A DNA stretch of 64,000 nt from Terriglobia bacterium (lineage in GTDB: Bacteria > Acidobacteriota > Terriglobia > UBA7540), in contig DASZAA010000346.1 in assembly GCA_035945615.1 (NCBI GenBank), positions 17,547 through 81,546 of the forward strand, read 5' to 3'. Every line of letters starts with the position of its first letter. Within the stretch, counting starts at the first letter, position 1. Below, in pieces: positions 10,280-20,344 of the stretch. Both the position numbers and the translations under genes were made by a program. The notes beneath the pieces are model-generated. The model searched no databases, was not told the origin of the DNA, and saw only the letters and a program-made list of their open reading frames with translations.

Positions 10280-10966
10280 CTATCTGACGACCAGCGGGTA
10301 GTAGCTCCATTCGACTCCAGGCGGACGGATACCCAGCAGGTAATGGCCGGCATTGAGCCGTGAGACATTGAGTCGCGCCCTGAGAACTGTACGGCTTCCA
10401 TCAAGGGTCGCCGCGCCGGGCGCGGCCACCAATACCGTGCTGGCTTCTGTCAGGACACCCACCTGATAAGGTCCCGTGCGGCTTCCAGACGGCAAGTAAA
10501 GAGTCAAGTTCGCTACCCCTCGGCGCAGCACCATCGGCCCCTTGGTTTGCTTTCCGCTTTCTCCGAACCCGCGCAGCATCAGGCGGGTGTTCAAATCGTA
10601 CACTGCGGCGTACCGAGATGTGGTACTGTGCCTTGCCCGCACCACGAGCCATGATGCAACGCAAATGATGATTATGATGGCTGCGATTCCGACTGCTTTT
10701 AGCCTCCGCTCCCTCTGAGCGGCCTTTCGGAACGTGGCGAAATCGTTGTAACACGGCGAGCACCGGGACATGTGCAGGATAAAGTCCTGTTGCTGCGCGA
10801 GCTTCGACTTATTCCGCGCGAGCGCCGCGATCAGATCCTGCGGCGGACATCCTTCGCGATTGGGATTGGGGAACGCCGTCGAGAAGACAGAACGCCCGGC
10901 TTTCAGCAGCCGTTCTTCTTCGCGCTTCGACAGCGGTTTGGTGTCATCGGGGGGATTGTTGCTCAA
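10280..10966 (-). CDS. Zinc-binding (ZAS/zf-HC2-like) transmembrane anti-sigma factor
   Basis: FPNPNREGC...HMSRCSPC; single TM AVGIAAIIIIICVASWLVV; beta-rich C-terminal domain; directly downstream of the ECF sigma. Confidence 0.8.
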   Translation of the reverse strand: MSNNPPDDTKPLSKREEERLLKAGRSVFSTAFPNPNREGCPPQDLIAALARNKSKLAQQQDFILHMSRCSPCYNDFATFRKAAQRERRLKAVGIAAIIIIICVASWLVVRARHSTTSRYAAVYDLNTRLMLRGFGESGKQTKGPMVLRRGVANLTLYLPSGSRTGPYQVGVLTEASTVLVAAPGAATLDGSRTVLRARLNVSRLNAGHYLLGIRPPGVEWSYYPLVVR

Positions 10967-10981
10967 TGTTGTCGTCTGGCC

Positions 10982-11554
10982 TCAACGGGGCCCAGGCTCG
11001 CTCTCGGGGCCGTATTCGATAAATCGTCTCATCCGCGCGAAGCCTCGCTGAAGCTGCTTCCGCACCGCCCAATCGGTCATACCTACGGCCGCAGCGATAT
11101 CCCTGGGCTTAAGGCCCTGCGACCAAAGCACGCAAATCTTTCGCGTGCGGTCGTCAAGAATTGCTAGAGCCTCTTCACTCAGAATCTTTGCTTCGAGTTT
11201 TTCAACGGAAGAGGCATCGGAGGTAGCGGACTGGCCGGCGAGCGCTGCGGAATCCAGCCGTTCGAGCTTGCCGGTTCTGCGAAGCAACTTCCTCGCTTCG
11301 TTGACGAAAGACTTGAACAGGTACGCCCCATAATCCTGAACCGGCGCTCTCGTCTCGGCCGCACCGACGCCGCCGACCACGCGGTCGAGAAGTATGTCGC
11401 GGTCAACGGTGTCCGGCAACACTGCGTCCGAGTAAACCTGGATTCGGGGCCACGTCTCACCTACAGCCCGGAGGAGCGCGCGACGCCGCTGATCGTCCTT
11501 GATATTCTCTGCCGACGCGATGTACGGAAAGGGTCTTTCGGCATCGTCTTCCAT
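10982..11554 (-). CDS. ECF-type sigma-70 factor
   Basis: Region 2-like GAYLFKSFVNEARK; region 4 HTH GLKPRDIAAAVGMTDWAVRKQLQRG. Confidence 0.8.
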   Translation of the reverse strand: MEDDAERPFPYIASAENIKDDQRRRALLRAVGETWPRIQVYSDAVLPDTVDRDILLDRVVGGVGAAETRAPVQDYGAYLFKSFVNEARKLLRRTGKLERLDSAALAGQSATSDASSVEKLEAKILSEEALAILDDRTRKICVLWSQGLKPRDIAAAVGMTDWAVRKQLQRGFARMRRFIEYGPESEPGPR

Positions 11555-11720
11555 ACCTAAACCTCGCCTGCCCCTCGCTTCCCTAGCAACTTGGCACGGA
11601 CCCAAGAAAAATTCAATAAAAATCTCGCCCGCCTGTCCAATTTTGCCTTTCTCAAGGCTCTACATACTGAAGGGACAAAATGGTGCTCAAACATTTGGCG
11701 ATTCGAGGAGGCGTGGCCTG

Positions 11721-12056
11721 ATGGAAACAATTACAGAAAGCCCGAAACGAAAGCCGTGGTGGAAGAAGTTCACGCGGATGGGAGTGTTAACGTTTGCCGC
11801 GTCGATGGCGCTGGCTGAGAACACGTTTGCACAAGGAGTCGGGAATTCGCCGTGGGAGAACGCTGTGCAGGTCCTTCAGACCGCGTTTACCGGGCCGATT
11901 GCTACCGGTCTTGCGCTCGTGGCTATCGTCGTTGGCGGGCTCGTCTTCGCTTTTGGCGAAGGAGGAGCCAAGCGTACGATGGCCGGCGTCATCTTCGGCG
12001 TTGGCATGGCCATTGGCGCGGTCAACTTCATGGCCTGGCTCTTTCCGGCGTCCTGA
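11721..12056 (+). CDS. virB2: VirB2/TrbC pilin
   Basis: Signal peptide ending TFAQ, SPWE..FTGPIA, two hydrophobic helices; RBS GAGGAG. Confidence 0.9.
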   Translation: METITESPKRKPWWKKFTRMGVLTFAASMALAENTFAQGVGNSPWENAVQVLQTAFTGPIATGLALVAIVVGGLVFAFGEGGAKRTMAGVIFGVGMAIGAVNFMAWLFPAS

Positions 12057-12057
12057 C

Positions 12058-12354
12058 ATGCAAACTCGCCGAACCAATCCGGTGTTTCGCTCCCTCAATC
12101 GTCCGCTCACCATTCTGGGCGTCGAGCGGAAGCTCTTTTTCTTTGCCCTGCTCATGGGAGCGGGCGTTTTCAACCTGATGAAGACCATGCTGGGCGGAAT
12201 CCTGATGTTCTGCCTGCTCTATGTCATTGGCCGGTGGGCCACGAAGACCGACCCTCAAATCTTCCGCTTCCTTCTGAATTCCGGCAGGACCAAGGCGCAG
12301 TACGACCCGATGAAGTTTTCACCCGTCACCGTGCGGAGAATTGACCATGTTTAG
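12058..12354 (+). CDS. virB3: VirB3/TrbD
   Basis: VFRSLNRPLTILGVER...KTDPQ; lies between pilin and VirB4. Confidence 0.88.
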   Translation: MQTRRTNPVFRSLNRPLTILGVERKLFFFALLMGAGVFNLMKTMLGGILMFCLLYVIGRWATKTDPQIFRFLLNSGRTKAQYDPMKFSPVTVRRIDHV

Positions 12355-14800
12355 GCTGGACCGAATTGACAAAGCGTACCGTGAGGCCGGCTCGTTTAAC
12401 GAGCAGGTGAACCTTTTCGGGTTCATTGATGATCAGGTGTTCCTGACCAAGAGCGGTGATACGGGCGTGGTCCTCGAAGTCCGGGGAGTTGATTACGAAT
12501 GCCTCGAAGGCTCGGCAATTGACAATTTGACGAAGCGCCTCGAATCCGCCTTTCGGCTCTTCGACGAAAAATGCCGGGTGTATCAGTACCTCTTCAAACG
12601 CAACCACGAGCAGATTCCTTACCGGACTTACGGCAGTCCGGTGATCGACGCAGCCATCGAGAGCCGGATCGAGTTTCTCCGGGGCAAGGCCGAATCCCTT
12701 TATGCCCTCCGAATCTATTTCGTCATCCTCTTCGAAGGCTTCCGCTACAAGCAGGCCCTTGCCTCAAGCTGTGCGAGGCTGGGTTCAGAACCACGTGAGG
12801 TCTGGAAGGAGCTCAAGGCTTACCTGTCGCGGCACCACCAGATAATCCTGATGGACTCGGAGATTCGGAAGGCCCGCGACTCCGTGCTCGGCAAAGCTCG
12901 GAACTTCATCCTGCAGGTTAGTGACTTCTGCTCTGCCGAAATCCTCAGGAAGCAGGAAGCCTACGGGGTGTTCAAGCGAATCCTGAACTTCGACCCTCAG
13001 AAGCTCGAATGCGCCCGCCTTAAGCATGATGCGTTTCTCGACTGGCATCTGTGTGAATCGCATCTCGAATGCCATCGCGGGCATTTGCGCCTCGATGACC
13101 ATTTCGTAAAGGTGCTTACGCTCAAGGAACCATCCGCCCAGACGTTCCCGCTGATCTTTAAGAAGCTTCTCGAAGTTGAAGCCAATTATTACGTCGTGAC
13201 GGAATGGAAGAAGCAGCCGCCTGACAGGAGCCGCAGCCTGATCCATTCCCGGCGACGGCATTTCCACAACACCAAGCGGTCCCTGATGAGCCATTTGACG
13301 CTTTCCGACCACCCCGAGCGGACCGACGACATCCTCATTGACGATTCCAAGGAAGCCCAGGTCCGCGATCTGGGGATGGCGCTCAAGGAACTCGAAATCA
13401 ACGGCAACTATTTTGGCGAGTTTTCGCTCACTGTCGTAATTTACGACCCCGATTTGGCCAAGGTCGAGCGGACTTGCTCGGACTTCTACAAGGTATTCAG
13501 CGTTTCAGACGCCGAACTTTACGAGGAGCGCTACAACCTGCTGAACGCTTATCTTGCCACCATTCCCGGCAATTACGCCTTCAACCTGCGCAAGATGCTG
13601 ATTCTGAATTCGAATTACGCCGATTGCTCATTCCTTTTCACGCTCCATTGCGGCGAGGCCCGGAATCAACATTTGCAGCAGGAATATCTGGCCGTCCTTG
13701 AGACCAACCACAAAACGCCCTATTACCTGAACCTCCACCACCGCGACGTGGCGCACACGGTCATCCTTGGAAAGACCGGAGTCGGCAAATCGTTCCTGCT
13801 GAATTTTCTCATCACCAACTTGCAGAAGTACACGCCGTATACCTTCATCTTCGACTTGGGCGGCAGCTTTGAAAGCCTGACGCAGTTGTTCGGCGGCACT
13901 TACGTTCGCATCGGGATGAACTCGCCCGATTTCAGGATTAATCCCTTCTCGCTCCCGCCCACGAAGCAGAACCTGGATTTTCTGGCCCTGTTCGTCAAAG
14001 TGCTGGCTGAGTCGAATGATACGGATCGCCTCACGGCCGCCGAAGATCAGGACCTCTATCAGCAGATCGAGAACCTTTACGAGATCGAGCCGCAGTTACG
14101 AACCCTCACCGTCCTGGCCAATACCTTGAACCGGAATCTTGCCAGCCGGTTGCAGAAGTGGACCGCGGGCGGGCAGTTCGGGTTCCTGTTCGACAATGCC
14201 GAGGACACGATCACTTTCTCTAAATTTCAATGCTTTGATTTTCAGGGCATGGACCATTACCCCCAAGTGCTTGAACCATTGCTCTTTTACATCCTTCACC
14301 GCGCCAATGAAGTTATCTGCGACCGCGCGATCACGCATATCTTCAAAGCCTTCTTCATCGACGAGGCCTGGGTTTTCTTCCGCAACCCGGCCGTCAGGAC
14401 GTACATCGTCGAGGCCATGAAGACCTGGCGCAAGCAGAATGCCGCCATGGTGCTTTCCACTCAATCGCTCGACGAGCTGCGGAAGTCCGAAATCTGCGAC
14501 GTGATTATCGAAAGCTGCCCGACCAAAATCTTCCTCGCCAACCCGGATATGGACCGTGACCTTTACCAGCGGCAGTTCCACCTGAACGACAACGAGATCG
14601 AGCTGATCTCAACTCTGATTCCCAAGCGGCAGATGCTCATCAAGAACCCGGACATCGCCAAGGTAGCGAACCTGGAGGTCGATCCCAAAAGCTACTGGCT
14701 GTATACCAACGACCCGTTCGACAACCGCAAACGCAAGGAAGCTTTCGAGACCCACGGCTTCGAGAAGGGGCTGGAAATCCTGGCGGGAGCGTCAGCATGA
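12347..14800 (+). CDS. virB4: VirB4/TrbE ATPase
   Basis: Walker A GKTGVGKS, FIDEAW, KTWRKQN, STQS. Confidence 0.95.
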   Translation: MFRLDRIDKAYREAGSFNEQVNLFGFIDDQVFLTKSGDTGVVLEVRGVDYECLEGSAIDNLTKRLESAFRLFDEKCRVYQYLFKRNHEQIPYRTYGSPVIDAAIESRIEFLRGKAESLYALRIYFVILFEGFRYKQALASSCARLGSEPREVWKELKAYLSRHHQIILMDSEIRKARDSVLGKARNFILQVSDFCSAEILRKQEAYGVFKRILNFDPQKLECARLKHDAFLDWHLCESHLECHRGHLRLDDHFVKVLTLKEPSAQTFPLIFKKLLEVEANYYVVTEWKKQPPDRSRSLIHSRRRHFHNTKRSLMSHLTLSDHPERTDDILIDDSKEAQVRDLGMALKELEINGNYFGEFSLTVVIYDPDLAKVERTCSDFYKVFSVSDAELYEERYNLLNAYLATIPGNYAFNLRKMLILNSNYADCSFLFTLHCGEARNQHLQQEYLAVLETNHKTPYYLNLHHRDVAHTVILGKTGVGKSFLLNFLITNLQKYTPYTFIFDLGGSFESLTQLFGGTYVRIGMNSPDFRINPFSLPPTKQNLDFLALFVKVLAESNDTDRLTAAEDQDLYQQIENLYEIEPQLRTLTVLANTLNRNLASRLQKWTAGGQFGFLFDNAEDTITFSKFQCFDFQGMDHYPQVLEPLLFYILHRANEVICDRAITHIFKAFFIDEAWVFFRNPAVRTYIVEAMKTWRKQNAAMVLSTQSLDELRKSEICDVIIESCPTKIFLANPDMDRDLYQRQFHLNDNEIELISTLIPKRQMLIKNPDIAKVANLEVDPKSYWLYTNDPFDNRKRKEAFETHGFEKGLEILAGASA

Positions 14801-15663
14801 CACACGACATTTCATTTCGGAGGTTGCCGGTGAAACCCATAAGACTGCATTTTGTGATCGGCCTGGTGCTCGTCTCCCTCTTCATCCCTTGTGGCCGCCT
14901 GCAGGCGGCGTGGGGCGCAAGGGTCGTGCATTACTCCCAGACCGACATTATCCCGATTCGGGCAAAGATTCGCTTTTCGACGCTCATTGTGCTTCCGGCG
15001 AACGAGGAGATCCTCGACTTTACCACCGGGGACAAAGACTTCTGGATCATCAACGGCGTCCATAACCTCTGCTACGTTCACCCGGCACAAGCGAATATCA
15101 AGAGCAACCTGAACCTGATTACCGCAAGCGGGCACGTCTATTCGTTCCTGCTGACCGAGATCAGCGACCAGCCAAACGAACAGCCGGACCTCAAGGTGTT
15201 TGTGGTGCCCAAGGACGAGTCGAGCATTGCTTCGGTTGGCGGGCAGGTGAAATACGTGCGAGCGTCCGAAGTCGAGGCTTATAAGCAGGAAGCTGATGCC
15301 GCCCAGGCTCAGGCGGCGGAAGCCATTCGGCAAGCGCAAAGCCAGATCCAACAGAAGATCACCGCCTACCGGGAGCAGTATCCGGCACGGCTCCGATTCG
15401 ATTACGAGTACAAATCCAAGGCCACGCGACCACCGTTTTCCGTGACCGCCATCTACCACGACGACAGGTTCACCTACATCAAGTCGAACGCCCAGGAGAA
15501 GCCGGCAATTTATGAGGTCAAAGACGGCAAGCCCGACCTAGTGAATTTCGATCTTGAGAACGGCGTCTACATCATTCCCGAGATTGTGGACAAAGGTTAT
15601 CTGATCATCGGCAAACAGAAGGTCAGTTTTAAACGCCGCACACAGAATGGAGGTAACCCGTAA
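14797..15663 (+). CDS. virB9: VirB9/TrbG
   Basis: Signal peptide; SNLNLIT; IYHDDRFTYI, KPAIYEV. Confidence 0.88.
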   Translation: MTHDISFRRLPVKPIRLHFVIGLVLVSLFIPCGRLQAAWGARVVHYSQTDIIPIRAKIRFSTLIVLPANEEILDFTTGDKDFWIINGVHNLCYVHPAQANIKSNLNLITASGHVYSFLLTEISDQPNEQPDLKVFVVPKDESSIASVGGQVKYVRASEVEAYKQEADAAQAQAAEAIRQAQSQIQQKITAYREQYPARLRFDYEYKSKATRPPFSVTAIYHDDRFTYIKSNAQEKPAIYEVKDGKPDLVNFDLENGVYIIPEIVDKGYLIIGKQKVSFKRRTQNGGNP

Positions 15664-15852
15664 TGAGCGCCGAGAAATGGGAGTCGCTCACATGGGACTG
15701 GATTGAGCGCGAGATTGTGGACTACCTGCTGATTGCCAATCGCAAACCGGAGAAGTCTCACGGAAATTCCCTGGCTCGCCTGATCCCGGCAAGGCCAGCG
15801 GCATCCTGTGCAACTCAGAAGCGTAATGGAACAAAGAGACGGAGCTCCAGCA

Positions 15853-17247
15853 ATGGCTGAAAATCCTGAGGGAATTCCGAATCCGCCAAACCAGATCGAG
15901 GACAAGGAGCCAAAGCCGAAGGGCGTCATTCCCAAGAACACGCAGTCGTTGGTGATAATTGGCGTGGCGGTGCTGATGATTCTCATCATGTGGCTGACGG
16001 GAGGCGGCAAGAAGCCGGTCGCTCCCCCAAGACCCGCCCTGCCGCCGCCGCCGGTCGTAACCCCGACCGATACGACCAAGGTGCAGGATTTCAAGCAGAC
16101 GATCCAGGCCGAACAGCAACAGGCGATCCGCCAGCCGGTTCCCGTGCCCGGAGCCATCTTGAACGGCGCGCCAGCAATTCCTGGCGGCTACAACCCTTAC
16201 GGGACAGCGCCTGGGCAGACCGCGACGTATCCTTCCGGCGAAAACAGTGGCCCGCCCAATCAGTATTACGGGCAGCCAGCGGAAGAAACCTCAGCGCCGC
16301 TGCCGGACCCCATCAAGGCAGAGGAAAAAAAGCGCGCATATCTGTCGCTCTTCGCCTCAAACGTCGCGCTGACTTACCGAAAAGGTGTTGCAGCCGAAAA
16401 GGTGGCCGGATCGCCCGCAGATTCCTCACTCGCCAGCGCAACCCCTGCTGGTGGACCAACGTCCCTCTATCAAGCCCAGGCTCTCCGAGATGCCGAAGCG
16501 CTCGCTGCAATGGGTCCGCCGCTTCCTTGGACCCAACCGCCACAACAAGCCGCCATGCCAGCAAAGGCGGCGTCGAATGACATTCAGCAACCCGAAAAAT
16601 CTGACGCGAAGCCGGTCAACCCGGATGTGGCTCAACCCGGTGAGTTTAATTCGGCAAGGGGCAAGAAGTACGTTCTCTTTGAAGGCACGGCCATTGACAG
16701 CGTCCTCATGAACCGGCTGAACGGCAGTTTCTCCGGTCCAGTGAATTGCCTTGTCACCCACGATGTTTATTCTCATGATCGCCAGCACGTCCTCATCCCT
16801 GCGGGCACCAAAGTTCTGGGCGAGGCCCAAAAGGTGAACGCCTTCGGCCAGCAACGGCTTGCCGTTTTCTTTCGCCGCCTCATCATGCCGGATGGGTATT
16901 CCGTCAACCTCGACCAGTTCAAAGGACTTGACCAGCTTGGCGCGACTGCCCTTCACGACAAGGTCAACAACCACTACGCAAAAATCTTTGGCGCTTCGCT
17001 GGCCGTTGGGATTCTGGGCGGGATCGGTCAGGCGGGACCCGGCCCCATCTTGACGCAATCCGCTCTCGATGAAGCTCGCATTGGCTTTGGCGAAAGCATG
17101 GCCATGACCGGCGAGCGGATCATGGATCGTTTCCTGAACCTGATGCCCACGATCACGATCCGCGAGGGCACAAGGGTAAAGGTTTATCTCTCGAATGATC
17201 TCCTCCTCCCTGACTATAATCAGCACACGATGCCGTCAGACTTTTAA
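15853..17247 (+). CDS. virB10: VirB10/TrbI (alternative start 15826)
   Basis: TM plus Pro-rich linker; VLIPAGTKVLG, RLIMPDG, PTITIREGTRV. Confidence 0.92.
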   Translation: MAENPEGIPNPPNQIEDKEPKPKGVIPKNTQSLVIIGVAVLMILIMWLTGGGKKPVAPPRPALPPPPVVTPTDTTKVQDFKQTIQAEQQQAIRQPVPVPGAILNGAPAIPGGYNPYGTAPGQTATYPSGENSGPPNQYYGQPAEETSAPLPDPIKAEEKKRAYLSLFASNVALTYRKGVAAEKVAGSPADSSLASATPAGGPTSLYQAQALRDAEALAAMGPPLPWTQPPQQAAMPAKAASNDIQQPEKSDAKPVNPDVAQPGEFNSARGKKYVLFEGTAIDSVLMNRLNGSFSGPVNCLVTHDVYSHDRQHVLIPAGTKVLGEAQKVNAFGQQRLAVFFRRLIMPDGYSVNLDQFKGLDQLGATALHDKVNNHYAKIFGASLAVGILGGIGQAGPGPILTQSALDEARIGFGESMAMTGERIMDRFLNLMPTITIREGTRVKVYLSNDLLLPDYNQHTMPSDF

Positions 17248-17260
17248 GGAGGATTTCGAT

Positions 17261-17611
17261 ATGAAACCGTTTCTCAGTTTGTTTGCCATTTCGATCATGA
17301 TTCCGCTTGCGGCTTGCCATTCGAAGAAGCAACAACAACAGGAGTTCATTCCCCTGGGCTATTACGAAACCCGCGCCGAAGCCCAAGACTTCGCAAACAG
17401 TGCTAACGCGGACCTTGCCAAGACGAGAGAGCAGGAAAAGTCTGAAGGAGTAAAAGACAAGGATCTTCCTTGTGGCCGCTACCGAATCGTCACCACTCGC
17501 AACAGCGATGGAAAGGAATTTTGGGGAGCTCAGATGGATGCGACCGGGTGTTCAGGCAAGCCTGCTTCGCCCAACTTCTTGTCCCCTCAAACAGGAGGTA
17601 AAAACCCATGA
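17261..17611 (+). CDS. Small lipoprotein in the T4SS operon (entry-exclusion or VirB7-like candidate)
   Basis: RBS AAGGAGG; lipobox LAAC. Confidence 0.7.
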   Translation: MKPFLSLFAISIMIPLAACHSKKQQQQEFIPLGYYETRAEAQDFANSANADLAKTREQEKSEGVKDKDLPCGRYRIVTTRNSDGKEFWGAQMDATGCSGKPASPNFLSPQTGGKNP

Positions 17612-18432
17612 AAAAGATTCTCGCATTGGCGGTGCTGGCTTGCGTCCTCGTTCCCGTCGCCGGCCGCGCACAATTCTTCGGTGGGATCGTTTACGATCCA
17701 ACCAACTTCCATAATGCGGTGCTCCGTTATTACCAGTTGCGGATGCAGCTCGCGCAGCTTCAGCACACCTACCAGCAGGTCCTCAATCAATACAATCTGG
17801 CTGTTCAAATGGCCAAGCACATTCAGAATATGCCGGCGCGCTACAAGGCTTATTTTTCTCAGTGGCGTTACCTGACAACCGTCCCCGACGTTTATCAAAA
17901 CACCGGCATCTGGGTGAACGGCGTGAATAGCGGAAGCCTTTCAACCGTCCTCGCGGGTTATCAGAAAGCCACGACCCCACTTCAGCGGTATAGTTCCACT
18001 GCAATCGCCGCCATGTCTCCCCAGGAACTCCAGAGGGCCACCACCGCATACGCAACCGTCGAGCTCGCCGATGGCGCAAACACAAACTCCATGGCAACCA
18101 TCGGGAATATCCGCGCTGACGCTCGCGGCGTCCAAAATCAAATCGGCAACCTCGAAAACGATTCGTTCTCAAACGGCGCCGGCCTCAACACCGAGGTTGG
18201 TGTCCTAAACAAGATCAATGCCGCCGATGTACTCATGCTCCGCAGCCTTCAGGATTCCAATAACCTGAGGCTTGCCGCGCTTGAGCAGAAGGTCATCCAG
18301 TCCAAACGGGAGCGCGACTCCTCCGCCGCTGCCATCGACAGCGACATTTACCAGCGCGACAACATGGTGAAGCAAATCACCCAGGTAACGAACGGCCTTG
18401 GAAGCTCGCTGCAAAGCTATCGAATTCCATAA
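17608..18432 (+). CDS. VirB5/TrbJ-like protein
   Basis: Signal peptide, IVYDPTN, Gln-rich coiled coil. Confidence 0.8.
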   Translation: MKKILALAVLACVLVPVAGRAQFFGGIVYDPTNFHNAVLRYYQLRMQLAQLQHTYQQVLNQYNLAVQMAKHIQNMPARYKAYFSQWRYLTTVPDVYQNTGIWVNGVNSGSLSTVLAGYQKATTPLQRYSSTAIAAMSPQELQRATTAYATVELADGANTNSMATIGNIRADARGVQNQIGNLENDSFSNGAGLNTEVGVLNKINAADVLMLRSLQDSNNLRLAALEQKVIQSKRERDSSAAAIDSDIYQRDNMVKQITQVTNGLGSSLQSYRIP

Positions 18433-18472
18433 GGTTCTGTCGCTCGAAGCGCATCGAGAAAGGACATACAGA

Positions 18473-19327
18473 ATGCCGTGGCATGGAAACTATTACGACT
18501 GGGCCTTCCAAGCCATAAACAACATGCTGAACAGCAATATCGGCATGTTCGCCAGCATGGGGCTGCATCTCTTTGTTGGTCTCGCCACCATCATGCTGGC
18601 TTGGTTCGGAATCAAGACCGCCCTTCAAGCAGGGGATTTTCTGGCCGGAATGCATTTTTCCCGCTTTGCCAGCCTCGTCATCATGATCAGCTTCGGCTTC
18701 GCCATGGTCAATTATTACAACTCGCCCATTCCCGGCATCGGGACGGATTTTCATCACCTGATCACAAACGAAACGCAATCGCTCTCGAACGCGATCTCCA
18801 CCAACATGATCGACACCGTTACCAACAAGATTTCCGCATTCGAGGGAACCATTGAGACACCTGGCGTGACGCTCAACATGTGGGTTTATTTCGACTACTG
18901 GTCAATCATCCTCCTGCTCTCGCTCGCGCAGGCCATCGCCATGATCGTCGTGGCCTTTGGGATTATCGCTACGGCCGTCTGCGTCCTTCTTGGACCGATC
19001 TTCATTCCTTTTTTCATTGTTCCACACCTGGACTGGCTTTTCTGGGGGTGGCTCAAGTGTTTCATCCAGTACGCGTTCTATCAGGTTGTTGCCGCCGCCG
19101 TGGTCTTTATCATCGGGAACGTTCTAACCGGGTTCATGAATCTATACGGCGGGCGTCCTATTCCGGTGGTCCAACAAGCGTCCCTATTACCTGCGCTCTT
19201 CATTGTGATCGTCGCGTCCGTTTATGCGCTCATCAAGGTTCCAATGTTGACGAGTCACATCTTCAGTGGCAGCACGGGTGGATCAGCAGCCGGGATGCTC
19301 GGCTTTGCGAATCCCATGAGGTCCTAA
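18473..19327 (+). CDS. virB6: VirB6/TrbL
   Basis: Polytopic membrane protein, LGPIFIPF..LFWGWLK. Confidence 0.88.
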   Translation: MPWHGNYYDWAFQAINNMLNSNIGMFASMGLHLFVGLATIMLAWFGIKTALQAGDFLAGMHFSRFASLVIMISFGFAMVNYYNSPIPGIGTDFHHLITNETQSLSNAISTNMIDTVTNKISAFEGTIETPGVTLNMWVYFDYWSIILLLSLAQAIAMIVVAFGIIATAVCVLLGPIFIPFFIVPHLDWLFWGWLKCFIQYAFYQVVAAAVVFIIGNVLTGFMNLYGGRPIPVVQQASLLPALFIVIVASVYALIKVPMLTSHIFSGSTGGSAAGMLGFANPMRS

Positions 19328-19330
19328 CCC

Positions 19331-20002
19331 ATGTCGACTAAACCGGCCACGAACGAAGCGAAGCAACTTTATATGGAGCAGTTTGGCGAAGCCCTCGTCA
19401 CCAGCTCTTATCTGAAGGTTGCTGTCGCCTTGCTCGCTCTGGCTGTCACCGGCCTAGTCGTGCTGAACGTGAAAACCATCCACACATTTCGCAACTTCAA
19501 GCCGCTCGTCATCCGTATCGACGAGCTCGGCCGTGCCCAGGCCCTCAGCTACAATTCATTCGCGTATAAACCCGAAGCCAAAGAAGCGAAATACTTCCTC
19601 ATCCAGTTCTGCCAGCTCTACTATCGCCGCAACCGCTACACCGTTAACGACGACTTCACCAAATCGCTTTATTTTCTCGACGGCAAACTTGCCAACGACA
19701 TCATGGCGGCCGACAAGAAAGAAAAAGTTGTCGAAACCTTCCTCGACAACCCTTCTGCCCCTGAAGTCGACATCGAAGTGCAGCAGGTCGCCATAGAGCC
19801 AATGATCAAACCACCTTATAAAGCCAGCGTGGACTTTTACACGATCCAGTACTCGCCCGTGGACCACTCGGTGCTGAAGAGGACCCTTTGCACCGCGAGT
19901 TTTGTCTTTTTGTTTCGCCAGAACGTCCCCAACCAGTTGATCCCCATCAACCCGCTGGGACTCACCATCACCTATTTCCGAGAGGACGAAGCTTTTAACT
20001 GA
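19331..20002 (+). CDS. virB8: VirB8/TrbF
   Basis: Single TM, VIRIDELG, C-terminal NPLGLTI. Confidence 0.9.
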   Translation: MSTKPATNEAKQLYMEQFGEALVTSSYLKVAVALLALAVTGLVVLNVKTIHTFRNFKPLVIRIDELGRAQALSYNSFAYKPEAKEAKYFLIQFCQLYYRRNRYTVNDDFTKSLYFLDGKLANDIMAADKKEKVVETFLDNPSAPEVDIEVQQVAIEPMIKPPYKASVDFYTIQYSPVDHSVLKRTLCTASFVFLFRQNVPNQLIPINPLGLTITYFREDEAFN

Positions 20003-20029
20003 ATCAAAACCAAACCAGGAGTAACGACT

Positions 20030-20344
20030 ATGCCCATCATCCAACTACCGCCCACGCCACCGAAGAAGATCACCATCGGCGTGCGTTTTGAGGAACAGAA
20101 GCTCGCCGCGCTCAGACGTTACGGCGTGTTTCTGGGAACAAGAAACCTTTCGCACATCATTTCGGAGAGCTTGGAACGAGTCTACAAGATGGACAAGCAA
20201 TACAAGGCTTGGCTCAAAGTTCATCCAGACATTGCAATTGAGAAGAAGCCCAGGCGCAATGGCGTAGGGCAACAACTGCCGAGAGTTACTCTCTCCGGCG
20301 CGACAGCGCCGTCGATTGTGGCCGCCGCGGATGCGGCGCATTGA
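20030..20344 (+). CDS. Hypothetical, possible ribbon-helix-helix protein
   Basis: RBS AGGAG; ITIGVRF strand followed by helices. Confidence 0.55.
   Translation: MPIIQLPPTPPKKITIGVRFEEQKLAALRRYGVFLGTRNLSHIISESLERVYKMDKQYKAWLKVHPDIAIEKKPRRNGVGQQLPRVTLSGATAPSIVAAADAAH

Noticed and set aside
3528-11554. Type III-E CRISPR (Craspase) locus
   Set aside because: No Cas7-11, Csx30/31 or repeat-spacer array is visible in the window.
3445-11680. Shared TGTCC ECF -35 motif upstream of the CHAT gene and virB2
   Set aside because: Only a 5-bp match with no consistent -10 element; insufficient without alignments.
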